A stretch of 64,000 bases of DNA, taken from assembly GCF_006345805.1 (NCBI RefSeq), contig NC_043021.1, positions 18,042,001 through 18,106,000 of the forward strand, given 5' to 3'. The notes below the pieces were generated by a model. The model saw only the letters and a list, made by a program, of their open reading frames with translations, was not told the DNA's origin and searched no databases. Below, piece by piece: positions 40,985-53,833 of this stretch (position 1 is the first letter of the stretch; every line of letters begins with the position of its first letter). This DNA is from Octopus sinensis (Eukaryota). The position numbers were made by a program, and so were the translations under genes.

Positions 40985-40985
<1 letters not shown>
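40594..40985 (+). mobile_element. Non-autonomous Helitron (different interior)
   Basis: A|TCTATATATATAAAAC ... CCTGAACAACACTGGGCGATACTGCTAG|T. Confidence 0.85.
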
Positions 40986-41028
<43 letters not shown>

Positions 41029-41549
41029 AATATATAATTTTTATATTTGGCTGACCAAAATCAATGCTGGCAACTATTATAGTTTCCTTGCATGAGAGCC
41101 ACAATAATTCTTCAGGTTGCCATCATCCTGCAGGTTATGCACTGTAAATATGTGTCGTCATCATACATTTGTTTTCCATATTGGCAGATTAATTTTATTG
41201 TACCAAACTCTTTCTTTCTCTCAGCTTATTTAACACAGTTGGATTGAGGCAACAATGGATCCTCTCTTACCACTGAATCAAAGATGTTCCTGATTTTCTT
41301 TTTTGGCATTTTTATAGTTTATTTCTTTTATATCCTTTTACCTTTTAACCTTTGCATAAAAACAGCCTTTTTTTTGATTGTGTAAAATTTTGTCTTAGAC
41401 TTAATTGCTTAACTTCTTTAATATGTAATATATATAAAAAAAATCCATTTGAACATAGTCTTTACATCCAGACCATAACAGGCTAGGGTGTTAAAAAGTG
41501 ACCTGATGATAGCCATTGTGTAGTGTTGTCAATCACTGTAAGAAATATA

Positions 41550-42405
41550 TCCATCCATCTATCCCTCTTCTCTACTTACTATTCCTAGGAGGTTTGTTAT
41601 GATAGAGTCCTCAGGCATCTCATCTGCAGGGCCCTATGAGAATCAACTATCCTTCTTCTCTCCTTACTATTCCTAGGAGGGTTGTGATGGTAGAGTCCTC
41701 AGGCATCTCATCTGCAGGGCCCTATGAGAATCAACTATCATGCCATTATCCCTCTTCTCCGCTTACTATTTCTAGGAGGGTTGTTATGATAGAGTCCTCA
41801 GGCATCTCATCTGCAGGGCCCTATGAGAATCAACTATCCTTCTTCTCTCCTTACTATTCCTAGGAGGGTTGTGATGGTAGAGTCCTCAGGCATCTCATCT
41901 GCAGGGCCCTATGAGAATCAACTATCATGCCATTATCCCTCTTCTCCGCTTACTATTTCTAGGAGGTTTGTTATGATAGAGTCCTCAGGCATCTCATCTG
42001 CAGGGCCCTATGAGAATCAACTATCCTTCTTCTCTCCTTACTATTTCTAGGAGGGTTGTTATGATAGAGTCCTCAGGCATCTCATCTGCAGGGCCCTATG
42101 AGAATCAACTATCCTTCTTCTCTCCTTACTATTTCTAGGAGGGTTGTTATGATAGAGTCCTCAGGCATCTCAACTGTAGGGACCTATGAGAATGGTCTGC
42201 CATTCCACTTTCCTGCTAGGTTCCCAAGCACAACCAGCTGAGACTATGGATATTATCCAGCCATCTCATTCTTGGTCTTCCTCCCAGGTCTCTTGCTGGT
42301 TGGCTCAGCTTGAGTTGAAGAACCTGCCTTGTGATTCTTTTCTGCAACATTCTAATCACATGTCTGATGTATCAAACCTGCGACCTCTCAATGTGGGCAA
42401 GTAGT
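41550..42405 (-). mobile_element. RTE-clade LINE 3' relic with an amplified 3' segment
   Basis: Minus strand reads LLAHIERSQV*YIRHVIRMLQKRIT... and GGRPRMRWLDNI across frameshifts; (GGAT)n tail at ~41550. Confidence 0.75.
41561..42192. repeat. Minisatellite, about 7 units of 88-99 bp with a 187-bp higher-order period
   Basis: AGAGTCCTCAGGCATCTCATCTGCAGGGCCCTATGAGAATCAACTAT repeated; duplicated ORFs at 41636 and 41823. Confidence 0.95.
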
Positions 42406-42627
42406 AGCTGATATATATATATATATATATTTGTTGAAATGGAAAGATGAATTTTCTTGTTACAGATTATTCAAAAGTTTAACCGATACCTGGGTAGCAA
42501 AAATCACAGCAGAAAAAAACACGGTTGGAGATAAGACCATATGGTGTTGCAACCGTGCGTTGGTGCGGATAATTGAAGTTTAATATAATTAGTGAATGGA
42601 AGAAATGGAGTTGAACGAAGATTGTAC

Positions 42628-42740
42628 AGAATTCCTTTTATTACATTCTACACATGTTTCAAAGGCCACAATTTTCCAAATTCTGATTAAATAAGGGTAC
42701 CATATTGTGGCTTTCTCTTCAGGAAAAAAACAGGAATTCC
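42628..42740 (-). ncRNA. Type-I hammerhead ribozyme (left arm)
   Basis: Minus strand: GGAATTCCT..TTC-CTGAAGA-GAAAGCCACAAT..ATTGTGGCCTTT-GAAAC-ATGT-GTA/GAA..AGGAATTCT; all core nucleotides present; predicted cut after 42649. Confidence 0.8.
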
Positions 42741-42826
42741 GTTGACAGAACAAAACAAAACAGAGGCGCAGCAAAGCAATTCGAATTGCTTTGCTGCGCC
42801 TCTGTTTTGTTTTGTTCTGTCAACGT

Positions 42827-42934
42827 AATTCCTGCTTTTTCCTGAAGAGAAAGCTGCAATATGGTATCCTTATTTAATCAGAATTTGGAAAATTGTGGCC
42901 TTTGAAACATGTGTAGAATGTAATAAAAGGAATT
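42827..42934 (+). ncRNA. Type-I hammerhead ribozyme (right arm)
   Basis: CTGAAGA at 42842-42848, 12-bp stem II, GAAA at 42904-42907, GTA at 42913-42915, stem I TTC/GAA plus AATTCCT/AGGAATT with AATAAA in the internal loop. Confidence 0.8.
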
Positions 42935-42998
42935 CTGTACAATCTTCGTTCAACTCCATTTCTTCCATTCACTAATTATATATATATATATATATATA

Positions 42999-43220
42999 TG
43001 TGCATGTATGTTTGTGTGTCTGTGTCTGTCCCCTTAGCATTGCTTGACAACCGATGCTGGTGTGTTTATGTCCCCGTCACTTAGCGGTTCGGCAAAAAGA
43101 GTCCGATAGAATAAGTACTGGGCTTACAAAGAATAAGTCCCGGGGTCGATTTGCTCGACTAAAGGCGGTGCTCCAGCATGGCCGCAGTCAAATGACTGAA
43201 ACAAGTAAAAGAGTAAAAGT
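42999..43220 (+). mobile_element. SINE family B, 3' half
   Basis: Starts at the internal microsatellite. Confidence 0.88.
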
Positions 43221-43772
43221 ATGAAAACTACACCCTCCTGCCAAGCCACGTGGAGCCAGTGTGGCAGAATAGGCTCATCAAACCAGTGTGATCTCAAACT
43301 CAAATTCATGGTCTCCATATCAGTCTGTGGTTGGTGGAGAGAACATGCTAAGGCTTTTGTCCTGCAGTGGACTGAACATAGGCAATCTAATCCAATCCGC
43401 TCAACATCATTGACCACAGCTGAGGATGCACAAGAAATATATGATTCGTCTAATTACAAATAGAGAAGTTCGAGTTGGTAGTACTATAAATTGATGAATT
43501 GGAGTCAATCAAAAGATTTTGTGCTGCAATTCTGCATTCTTGCCCTCTATCTGTCACGGCCATTGTACTACTCTTTATATAAATCAATTATTGAGATTCT
43601 GTTACCACGATTGACCAATAAGGAAGATGAATCTAGGATAAGTTCCTTATATGTATATTCTGCTATTTTATCTATTGATTCCAATCTGATGATATGCTCC
43701 CTAGTGCAGCCAAGAAAAGCATAAAGGTTACTTGATAACATTCACTATCCTAGTAAACTTGTGACCTTGTCT

Positions 43773-43934
43773 TTAACCCCTTACCCGGCAGAAACGAATA
43801 TATGCGTTTTGACCGAAATCGTTTTTTTCTATCTCTGGCAAGTTAACTCGTCAAAAGATAGACTCGCCAAAATTGACAGCAAACGAGTTCCTTCGTCTAA
43901 AAACGGGTTAACTCGTTTCTGCCCAAAGCGGTAA
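43773..43934. mobile_element. Small MITE, piggyBac-like left end
   Basis: TTAACCCC start; GGCAGAAACGA / TCGTTTCTGCC subterminal inverted repeat; CpG-rich patch in a depleted background. Confidence 0.5.
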
Positions 43935-44672
43935 TTTAAAATCAATATTATTGAATTAAAATTCATAATAAATAAGGTTTGAAATATACGTCGAAATTCA
44001 AAACATAGTAAAATAAAACAATTAAAAAATATGTCTGAAAAAATACATTTATTTTCAAAATAATTGTTGGGTTTATATTTGTTACCAGGATTGATGAAAT
44101 AAACATTGGTCAACTGGTCTTGTGACTGTTAGTTTTTTTTGGTCTACCTTGAATGAGCAAACCTATGATTAAAGGCATTCCAACCATGACTATCCTGTTT
44201 TTAATTGGTATCTAGAATTATCTTTCTTGTTTAAGATCGTAAGGTTTCACATGAGGGTGACAGTGTATCTATTTCTAGTAGGTTGGTGACCACATACAGG
44301 TTCTTACATTGGCTCCTACTCAGTAATTCTAGATCCTTGAAGTTTCTTGATTGGTCTTTAGGTGGTTGGAAATGTCTCATTTCACTCCCTTTGTGAATGT
44401 TGTTTTATGCCTCTTGTTTTTGTTTTCCTCATAATCGATTCTGCATAAACCTTCACTGTTTATGTAATTTGTCCTTGTCATGTTCCCTATCCATTGCCTC
44501 CCTCCTACCTGTCATGGAGGCACTAGAAAACATTGAACCCTTTCCTCTTCTTCCTTGCTAATCTATTAACCCCTACACTAGAAATAGAAAGTAGATATAG
44601 CAAGGGGAACGATATCAAGCTAAGTGGGGTTTGTGGTTCAAATCCTTTCATAGATATTGAAATCTTTTATTA

Positions 44673-45092
44673 GGCGCAGGAGTGGCTGTGTGGTAAGTAG
44701 CTTCTTTACCAACCACATGGTTTCGGGTTCAGTCCCACTGCGTGGTACCTTGGGCAAGTGTCTTCTACTATAGCCTCGGGCCGACTAAAGCCTTGTGAGT
44801 GGATTTAGTAGACAGAAACTGAAAGAAGCCTGTCGTATATATGTATATATATATATATTTGTGTGTGTGTTTGTGTGTCTGTGTTTGTCCCCCTCAACAT
44901 CGCTTGACAACCGATGCTGGTGTGTTTACATCCCCATAACTTAGCGGTTCAGCAAAAGAGACCGATAGAATAAGTACTAGGCTTACAAAGAATAAGTCCT
45001 GGGGTCGATTTACTTGACTAAAAGGTGGTGCTCCAGCATGGCCGCAGTCAAATGACTGAAACAAGTAAAAGAGTAGAGTAAAAGAGTAAGAG
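44673..45092 (+). mobile_element. SINE family B; further copies at 45870-46130(-), 52483-52840(-), 57211-57600(-), 59333-59715(+)
   Basis: Collinear with other copies. Confidence 0.9.
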
Positions 45093-46070
45093 TCTGATGA
45101 AGTAGGATGTAACAATCCTGAATACTGCATTTTTCACCTGTTCCTATTTAAGCTCCACTCAAAAGTCAAGTGCTGTTTCACTTAACTGCACTTTTGCCCT
45201 CATTTGTGATGATTTAATCTGATGGGGGCAGGGCTGGGGGAGTACCATCTGGCATGTTTTGTGGGTTCTTCCAAACTTGTGAGATTAATGCAGTTGGTAC
45301 TCAGCTTCAACTTCTGATGGTTGATGATTGTACAAAAAAGCATGACATGTGAGAGAATTGTAAGAGTGTTGCAGTTCAGGGAGGAAAATTTAAGCAAAGT
45401 ATTTAGTGAGAATCTCATGGGGCCGACCAAGCATTTTGTAGCAACTCCTCCCACTTATGAGCTGTTTATACTCACTAATTGCTGGTACAGACCCACTATT
45501 TCTTTCCGTTTACTTTGTTTATCAAGAGGTTTGTGAGGTAAAACACAGAAGAGATGTCAAGACAAGAGAAACGAGTGTGTTTGATGGGTGAAGGTGGCAC
45601 ACAGTTTGCTAGTTCGAAAGAAAGAGTAGAAACCGTTGCAGCAACAGAGACAGTGCACATGTGGCAGTATTTAAAGTAAGTGGGTAGGCCTTCAATAGTC
45701 CCCCTGGAAAGCTTTTCAGTGGTAGAGAATGGGATTAAAGAGGGTCTGGCAGTAGAACAATTCCAGTTATGTGAACAGATGCTCAAATAAGGGTTGCACA
45801 GTAGTTTATTTATAGTTCTAAGGTGAAATTCTAGTCTTTGGAATGCAGTTTTAAAATGCTATATATCTTTTATCTTTTACTTGTTTCAGTCATTAGACTG
45901 CGGCCATGCTGGGGCACTGCCTCGAAGAAGTTTTAATTGAATGAATCAACCCCACTACTTTTTTATTATTGTTTTAAGCCTGGCACTTATTCTGTTGATC
46001 TCTTTTGCTGAAGCGCTAAGTTACAGGGATATAAACACACCAACACTGATTGTCAAACAGTGGTGGTGGA

Positions 46071-46104
<34 letters not shown>

Positions 46105-46303
46105 CATGCACACACATGATGGGCTTCTTATATGCATGCATATATATATGGTGAGAGAGAAAGAGAATGAAAGGTATGGAAGAAGGATAGGCAGTGCATA
46201 ACTATGCACTGCATGTCCTTCAGGCTTTCCATACAAACCTCTCGTGCTGGAGGTTAACCAACTGTTCTATCATGGTTGATTGGATTCCACTTTTTCAATG
46301 TGT

Positions 46304-46337
<34 letters not shown>

Positions 46338-47427
46338 GCATGTGAGAGGGACCCTTCTTGTTACATACACACATATGACTAGGTGATGAGAGGTTGCCAG
46401 GCTTAGATTTTATTGTAGCTGTTTCCACCCCCCACACCCTGCCCCTCAACACCTGATATTATTTCACTCAATGTGTGTCATTTACGTCACTCTATATTCC
46501 CCACCCCCATTTCTCTCCCCTACTCCGCCATCATCCTCTTCAGTCTCCTCCATGACACACATCAGATGGCTAGGGTTAACAGTTTCTTCAGATTAACTTT
46601 TAAACAACAACACTCAACTGAAAACACAAGAAGATATGTCCTAGCATAAAACAGAATTTCAAAAAAACGGCAACATGTATTTATTTTGAGTCTGCTATTT
46701 AACCTTATTTCTGCAATAGGCTAATTAAATTACTTCTTTTACTTGATTTCTCTGTGAAATGTCTGTCAAGAATGAAGCTATAAATACTGTGTATGCAATA
46801 ACATTTTAAACATCTAAATTACTAGCTTCAATTGTTTGTTTTTTTCCTTCTTTCTTTTTGATACTTAAAAATACTTTACTGATTTTTCACTGCATTTAAT
46901 GAGACCGCATTAAGTTTGTGCATTTTTGAAAGTTTCTCTGTAATGGTTTGGGATGAGAGGAAGGGGCTGTGTTCGTGGTTTCTGCTGAGCCAGCTGCAAG
47001 AAAATAATATGAGCAGGAAGGGAACTTCTGAGGGTGGTGGGGTTCTGGAGTGGAAGGATTGGAAGGTTGGTTAGTGCCAGGCTTGGAAATAGACAATGGA
47101 GGGTGGACACAATATTGGGTGATGGAGAGATGGAGATACAAGTCAGTAGGAAGAACCTACTTGGAGTTGGCACAAATGCATTGCTGTTGTTTAGCTCCCA
47201 TTCACTCTTGATTAAGTGCACTATGATCAAAGGCAACTCATCCACGACCATCCCAACTGTCTAGCAGTATCTAAAACTGCTTATCCAGTGTATACTTTTT
47301 GTTGTTGTTGTAAACATTTTAGGGTGATTTGAGGTAGATTTGGCTAATTTTCTAAGTCATTAATGAACACATGGTGATTTTCCCATGTGAGTATGTGTCT
47401 TTGAATATTAAATAGAGAGTGAGTACA

Positions 47428-47667
47428 TATTGTGTTGAATCAAAAGTTTTGCCATATTTTTGTAACTTATTTACTTTATTCATCAAGTTACAACAAAAGC
47501 AGCTTAGCATTCAAAATAGAGGCCATGATGTTGCACCAGCTGAAGCCACCTTTCTGCCAGTTCAGTGATGCCACACTGATACCAGTTCTTGATCTTTGAG
47601 ATGAAGAATTCCTTCACTAATGCTGGCTCTTCATCTTGGTTGATGAAAATTTTGATTCAACACAATA
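47428..47667 (-). mobile_element. Internally deleted mariner element
   Basis: TIRs TATTGTGTTGAATCAAAA / TTTTGATTCAACACAATA; minus strand encodes LVKEFFISKIKNWYQCGITELAERWLQLVQHHGLYFE, matching the mariner transposase C-terminus pattern (GI..L.ERW..V....G.YFE). Confidence 0.9.
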
Positions 47668-49300
47668 AAATCTGTGACATATAAAGTATTAAAATATGGA
47701 TACTAAGAAGGAAAAGAAACAGTAACTTGTTCTCTTCTTTACCAAGATTTGGATAAACTGGAATATTTATAAATAATTATGAACATTATTGAAATAAGGA
47801 CAATCAGTTGATTACAATAATTGTACCAGTAATTATCAATCTTGAATTTTTTTATTTTAAAATGAGATGAATTTCCTGTTTTAAAATTACTTGAAACTAC
47901 AAATAATTTCTATTCTGTGTCACATTCCGCTTTTTTTTTTTTTTATGTGGCCAGGTATGAAATAGTAACGAGTTGGCTTGAAGACGGTTTTGACTGTAGT
48001 TTTTTTTAGTTTGTGGTTATTGTTTACCTTTTTTTTTTTTCTTCATGTTTTTACCATTGAACCTAATCAAAAGAAAGAGCTTTAGAAAATTATCTAATTT
48101 AACACTGTCTAAATATTTGATATGCTAGTGTTTGGTAATAATCCCTCCCTTCCAAACGATCAAACACTGTATGTTATTGATCTTTTAATTATTAGAAGCT
48201 TTTCCATCTAGTGTCAGTATTGCATTACATCAAATCAATAAGAACAACAACAACAACGAGAGCAACAACATTTTGAATTGAAGAGATGAAAGGAGAAACG
48301 ATGGGGAAAGTGAGGGAGGGAGGGGGGGGGGAAACGACAGCAGCAACAAAAATTAGTGCGAAAGTAAAGAAGAGTAAATCGAAGAATTGCTGTAACTATA
48401 GAGTTAATTTTAAGATTTTTGCATACTTTGATGGCTTAATTGGTTGAGATCTTGGTTCTTATTTCTTTCTTTTTTTTTTTTTTCCCCTTTTTTTAAAGTT
48501 GCAAACACAATCGGTATTTTCTGACATTTGAGGTGCCCAGAAATAGCTCTCTTATCGATTCTTTGTCTCTTCTTAATGTGCATTCAACCTGGTCATGCAG
48601 ACACTAGAATTTGTAAGTTTATTTTATAGTATCATAAAGATAAAAGAACTAGTACAGGTAAATTATTAGTGCTGTTGTTGCTGGAATTGATACTGCTGCT
48701 GCTAAAGCCTATGTCTTTCTCTCTTTCTCCCTCTTCTTTCTTTTACTGTTGTAACTAAGGGCAACTAGGATTGGAATTAATGTATTTCACTTTTGTTATC
48801 TGGTTTTTATAGATAGATTTACAGAGAAAGTGAATTATGTTTGTATAATGGCTAAATTATCAAAGTGGGGGATATATTGTTAGAGAATGGTACAGAAGCC
48901 TGACAAAACCAACTACCACCCCCTTCTACCCCCTTCCGCCAAAATACACACGAATAAAAAAGAAAGCATGAAATGCAAAAGGAAAGAATGAAAATAGAAA
49001 ATTAATTTTAGGAAAGGAGTCTTGTGGGTATTTTTTTTCTCAATCATTCTTTTGAATTTATTTCATTTTGTTTATTAAAAATCAAAATTGAATATTGGTG
49101 TATTATTGTCATTTCAGCTGTTGTCATTATCCAATCAGTTTTGGCATCTGTTTTCTAATGCTGACATTGATCTAAGCAGATTAGTTTCTTAAACCGACCA
49201 ATTTACATTGGAATATTGACAATCTACTTTATCTTGCATTCTTCATAGCTGACCTTTCATATTTCCACACACAAAATTCTTCTTTCACCTCTCAGCTACA

Positions 49301-49343
<43 letters not shown>

Positions 49344-51056
49344 TCTTTTGTTTTAGATTCTTTGCTCCATGCTAGAATGATTCCTTGAGTAATATTTTTC
49401 ATGTCTTCGCAAACACTTTTTTTCTTATTTGGTAATGATTTTTGCATATATATCCATGACAACACTTCTTAAAAACTGTTTTGTAAATCCATTATCAGTT
49501 CCACTATCATCTGTATCATCGTTATCAATTTTAGCATATTTTATTTTTTGTATTCATGTTGGGTATGGGTTAGATTGATCTGTTGTGTAAGACATGTAAA
49601 AACCATGTCATCTCATATGTTAAGCCTAATATCAGTTTCCAATTTTGGCGCAAGGCCAGCGATTTCAGGGGAGGGTTTAAGTTGATTGCACCAATCCCAG
49701 TGCTCAACTGGGACTTATTTTATTGACCTTGAAAGAATGAAAGCCAAAATTCACCTCGGCAAAATTTGAACTCAGAATGTAATGATTAATGAAATACCAT
49801 GAAGCATTTCGCCTGGTGTACTAATGATTCTGCCAGCTTGCTGCCTTATTTTAAGCCTAATATTGAAGTCTCATCTATTTATTTATCTAACTAATGTTCC
49901 CTATATGGTTTTCGTCCATCCTTCCTTCTGAGATTTCCCTTGTCTTATCATAGTAACTTCATAGCCAGATTATGTTGAGTCGACATGATCTTTCCTTTTC
50001 CCTTAGAGTTTGTTGTATAGGTGGGCAATTGTCAGGTGTGGCCTTAGCTCCCTTCTTTTCCAGCTATTATTCTTGACATTTCTGGGTCTTTCGGGAGAAC
50101 TGTTGCATGCTGACAACCTAGTTCTCATTATAGAACCTGTTGAACAGTTTAAGGAAAAGTAAAGTCATAAGCCTGTAAGAGTGGTCTTGTGTCAAACAGC
50201 TTACATATCAATATGGTAAAGGCCGAAGTAGTATTTAGTATCAGAAAGCATGATCAGGAATAGTATGTGGGAAGTAGTTTTGATCAATGTGTTGAAATTG
50301 GGTATCAATAGGTATAGGTACAAAAGTAAAGACTCAATGCTGGAAGTGGAATCTTTGGCAGATTGATTGGTAATAATCCAAGCTTCAAACAAATGGGATT
50401 AATTAGAATGAGAGATATCTATAACAACAGAAATCTCTATGTAAACCAACAAGGAGTTCTGACATGATAGAAATAGTAACAAAATCACCATCAAATTGCC
50501 CTGTTCTGTATGATTTAGTACATAAAGCAGTTTGTCCAAAGTTCCACCAATTCTGCCAGTGCACTACTACTACTACTACTACTACTACAAATAGTGCCTA
50601 AAAAGGAAAGAGAGAAAGAGAAATGTGAGTTGTGGTTAGAATTTCTTAATGCCCTTTATCTTAGGCCTATTCTATTCAAGATTGACCTGGGGCTAAGCAA
50701 CAATAGCAACAACAATGCACAAACTACTCAGGTTGCTTGCAAGACATGACAGGCCACCTAATTAGTGGTGGGAGTGGTTGTTGTGAAAATATTGTAGTTA
50801 GAATAAGAAAGGGTGGATGAAAAGGATCTCCCACCTGTATTGGTATCAAAGTCCTAAAGGGTAGATTATATGAATTATACTTATAAATATATGAAGCTGC
50901 ATCTTAGCAAGGCATGGAGCATTGAATGTAGAAAATCTTCTGTTGAGTGGAAGAGAGTCTGTTGTATGGGTGATGTTAGTTTGTATGGCACCAAACTCAA
51001 ACCATATGTACAAGTAAATAAAAACCTCAAAGCATTTTGTCTAGCATGGTAACGAT

Positions 51057-51463
51057 TCTTATTTCTTTATTGCCCACAAGGGGCTAAACATAGAGGGGAC
51101 AAACAAGGACAGACAGAGGGATTAAGTCGATTACATCGACCCCAGTGCATTACTGGTACTTAATTTATCGATTCAAATTCCACTGAGGTCGACTTTGATT
51201 TTCATCCTTTCGGAGTCGATATATTAAGTACCAGTTATGCACTGGGGTCGATGTAATCAACTTAATCCATTTGTCTGTCCTTGTTTGTCCTCTCTGTGTT
51301 TAGCACCTTGTGGGTAGTAAGGAAATAGGTACTTAATTTATCGACCCCAAAAGGATGAAAGGCAAAGTTGACCTTGGCGGAATTTTAACTCAGAATGTAA
51401 CGGCAGGTGAAATACCACTAAGCATTTCGCCCGGTGTGCTAACCACTCTGCCAGATCACCGCC
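51057..51463 (-). mobile_element. SINE A with an inverted SINE A fragment (51172-51327, +) nested inside
   Basis: 17-bp duplication GGTACTTAATTTATCGA at 51155-51171 and 51328-51344. Confidence 0.88.
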
Positions 51464-52106
51464 GATAGCATGGTAATGATTCTGTTTGCTCACCACCTTA
51501 CCACCACCACTACTACTAATAATAATAATGATATAATGATGATGATGATTGTTTCAAATTTTGCCACAAGGCTAGCAATTTCAGGGTAGAGGTAAGTCGA
51601 TTACATTAACCGCAGTGCTCAACTTATTTTATCGGCCCCCAAAAGAATGAAAGGCAAAGTTGACCTTGGCAGAATTTGAACTCAAAACATGAAGATGGAT
51701 GAAATGCTGCGAAGAATTTTGCCCTGCGTGCTAATGATCCTACCAGCTTGCCACCTTATTAATAAAAATAATAATAACGACAGTAATTAGGTGTGTTATT
51801 AGCCATCATCATGTTGATCTTTGTTCTAGTATGTTTCCGTTACGATACATCCAGTTTCATTAACTATTATATTCTTAATTACTCTCCTGATTTTTGTTTG
51901 TCTAATCTGCATATCATGTTCCTCTTTGAAGCGAAGGAGCAGGAGGAGTTTGGCTATCATTTTTTTTCTTCCTCTGCCATCTTAAATATTTGGGTAACAG
52001 CTGCTCATCTGTGTACATATGTGCATGCATTTGTGTGTGTTACAATTTGCAAATATCAGTTAGAGTGTTAAGCATGCACACATACACATACGCTTATAAA
52101 CCCATC

Positions 52107-52137
<31 letters not shown>

Positions 52138-53833
52138 ACACACATACCTGTTTGTCTGGCTGGCTTTCTCTCCTCTCCCTGCCCTGTGCTCCCCACCACA
52201 CACTATTTTCTCTCTTTGTTTGCTTCTCTCACAGCCAACATTTTCTCAATGATATTCTAGTTAACATTATTCCTCTTCTCTCTCCCACACTCCTCAACAC
52301 CAATTGGAACTGTTTCACGTTTCATTCTCTATATTTTATGTATTCGTGTTTGAGCTCTCAAATAAGAACATAAAAGTACTCAATACAGAGGGGTAAAGTG
52401 TAAAGAATAAACGCAGTGCTCAGATTATTATGTATTACTAAGAGTTTTGCAAAACTCTGTGTATGTATGTATATATGTATCTTCTATCTTTCACATGTTT
52501 CAGTCATTAGACTGGGGCCATACTGGGGCACTGCCTCGAAGAATTGACCCCAGCACTTATTCTTTTTAAGCCTGGTACTTGTTCTATTGGTTTCTTTTGC
52601 CTGAGCTGCTAAGTTACAGGGAGACAGACATGCCATCATCAGTTATCAAATGGTGGAGGGGGCAGACACAAAGGCACACACACACACACATGGGCTTCCT
52701 TCAGTTTCCATGTACCAAATCCATTTACAAGGCTTTGGTCAGTCAGAGGCTATAGTAGAAGACACTTGCACAAGTTGCCATGCAGTTGGGCTGAACTCAG
52801 AACCATGTGCTCGGAAAGCAAACTTCTTACCACATGGCTGATAAAATTTTTCTTGAGCCCTGGAACTCATGAGGCTGGTTACCCAGTTTCCATGCCATAT
52901 AAGTGACTGGAACCATAGCATTTCCTTTGCATGGGACACTGGTTCATTGTAGAGTTCAAGGTCAGCAATTTTTGAGGGGAGTGGGGAGTCAACTACATTG
53001 AACCCAGTTCCTGGCTGATATTTTCTTTTATTGACCTCCTCAGCACACTCTTTAATCTTCCCCACTCCCTCTATGGCCTAGCCCTCACAACCCAAACTTC
53101 TTTCTTTCTTTCAGTGACTTTCTTAGGATTTTTCACAACCCTAATTTATTTGTCCCTTCTCTCTCACCCCTTCTGTCCATACTTGCCCTTATAATTTAAG
53201 ATATCCCTAGACCCCCTACATAACATACTTTGTTACCTTTCTGCTCTGTCCCTACCTCTTTCTCAACAACCTGTGACACTAATCCTTTCTTTCCATCCCC
53301 CAGCTAATGTCTATTCTGCTACTTTCTCTCTCTCTTCTACCACTCGGTCACAGCTATGATCTCTTCCTCTCGTTCTACTTTATTCATCACCCTCTGTCTT
53401 CCCCTACCTATCACCTTACTTATAATCATTGCACCTTCTCCCAGCTATTCTCCCTCATTTATAGGGGACACTTTAGGCCTTTCGCCTTGCATGCTCCAAG
53501 GCAATCATCATTAGTGTTGCTGCCACATAAAAAGCACTTGGTACATTCTGTAAAGCGGTTGGTGTTAGGAAGGGCATCCAGCCGTAGAAACCACGTCGTT
53601 GCAGAAATTGGAGCACGACACACTCATTTGACTTTTCAGATCCTGTCACACCCTCCAGCTCATGCCAGCTTGGAAGATGGATGTTAAATGATGATAATGT
53701 GGATGTATATAAATATATGTAAAACAAGAATGGAGAGTATCACAACTTTATCTGATAATTACACTATACAGGACCAATGATTGTTTCTATCGTGCCAACG
53801 CATTTTGATACAGAAAAAAGGTACGAAATACCA

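Larger units (their letters stand above)
42431..42981 (-). mobile_element. Penelope-like element pLTR with head-to-head inverted copy, flanked by (TA)n
   Basis: (TA)n at 42411-42430 and from 42978; spacer-less 200/199-bp inverted repeat at 42583-42981; hammerhead motif in each arm. Confidence 0.75.

Noticed and set aside
41561-42192. CRISPR-like array
   Set aside because: No unique spacers; contiguous tandem units derived from a LINE in a eukaryotic context
45090-45130. Hammerhead CTGATGA..AGGAT/ATCCT..GAAT
   Set aside because: GAAA is broken, there is a 3-nt insertion before stem II, and no stem I or III
45554-45675. Plus-strand exon MSRQEKRVCL...WQYLK ending at AA|GTAAGT
   Set aside because: No good in-frame acceptor or promoter context; the surroundings look like a decayed repeat
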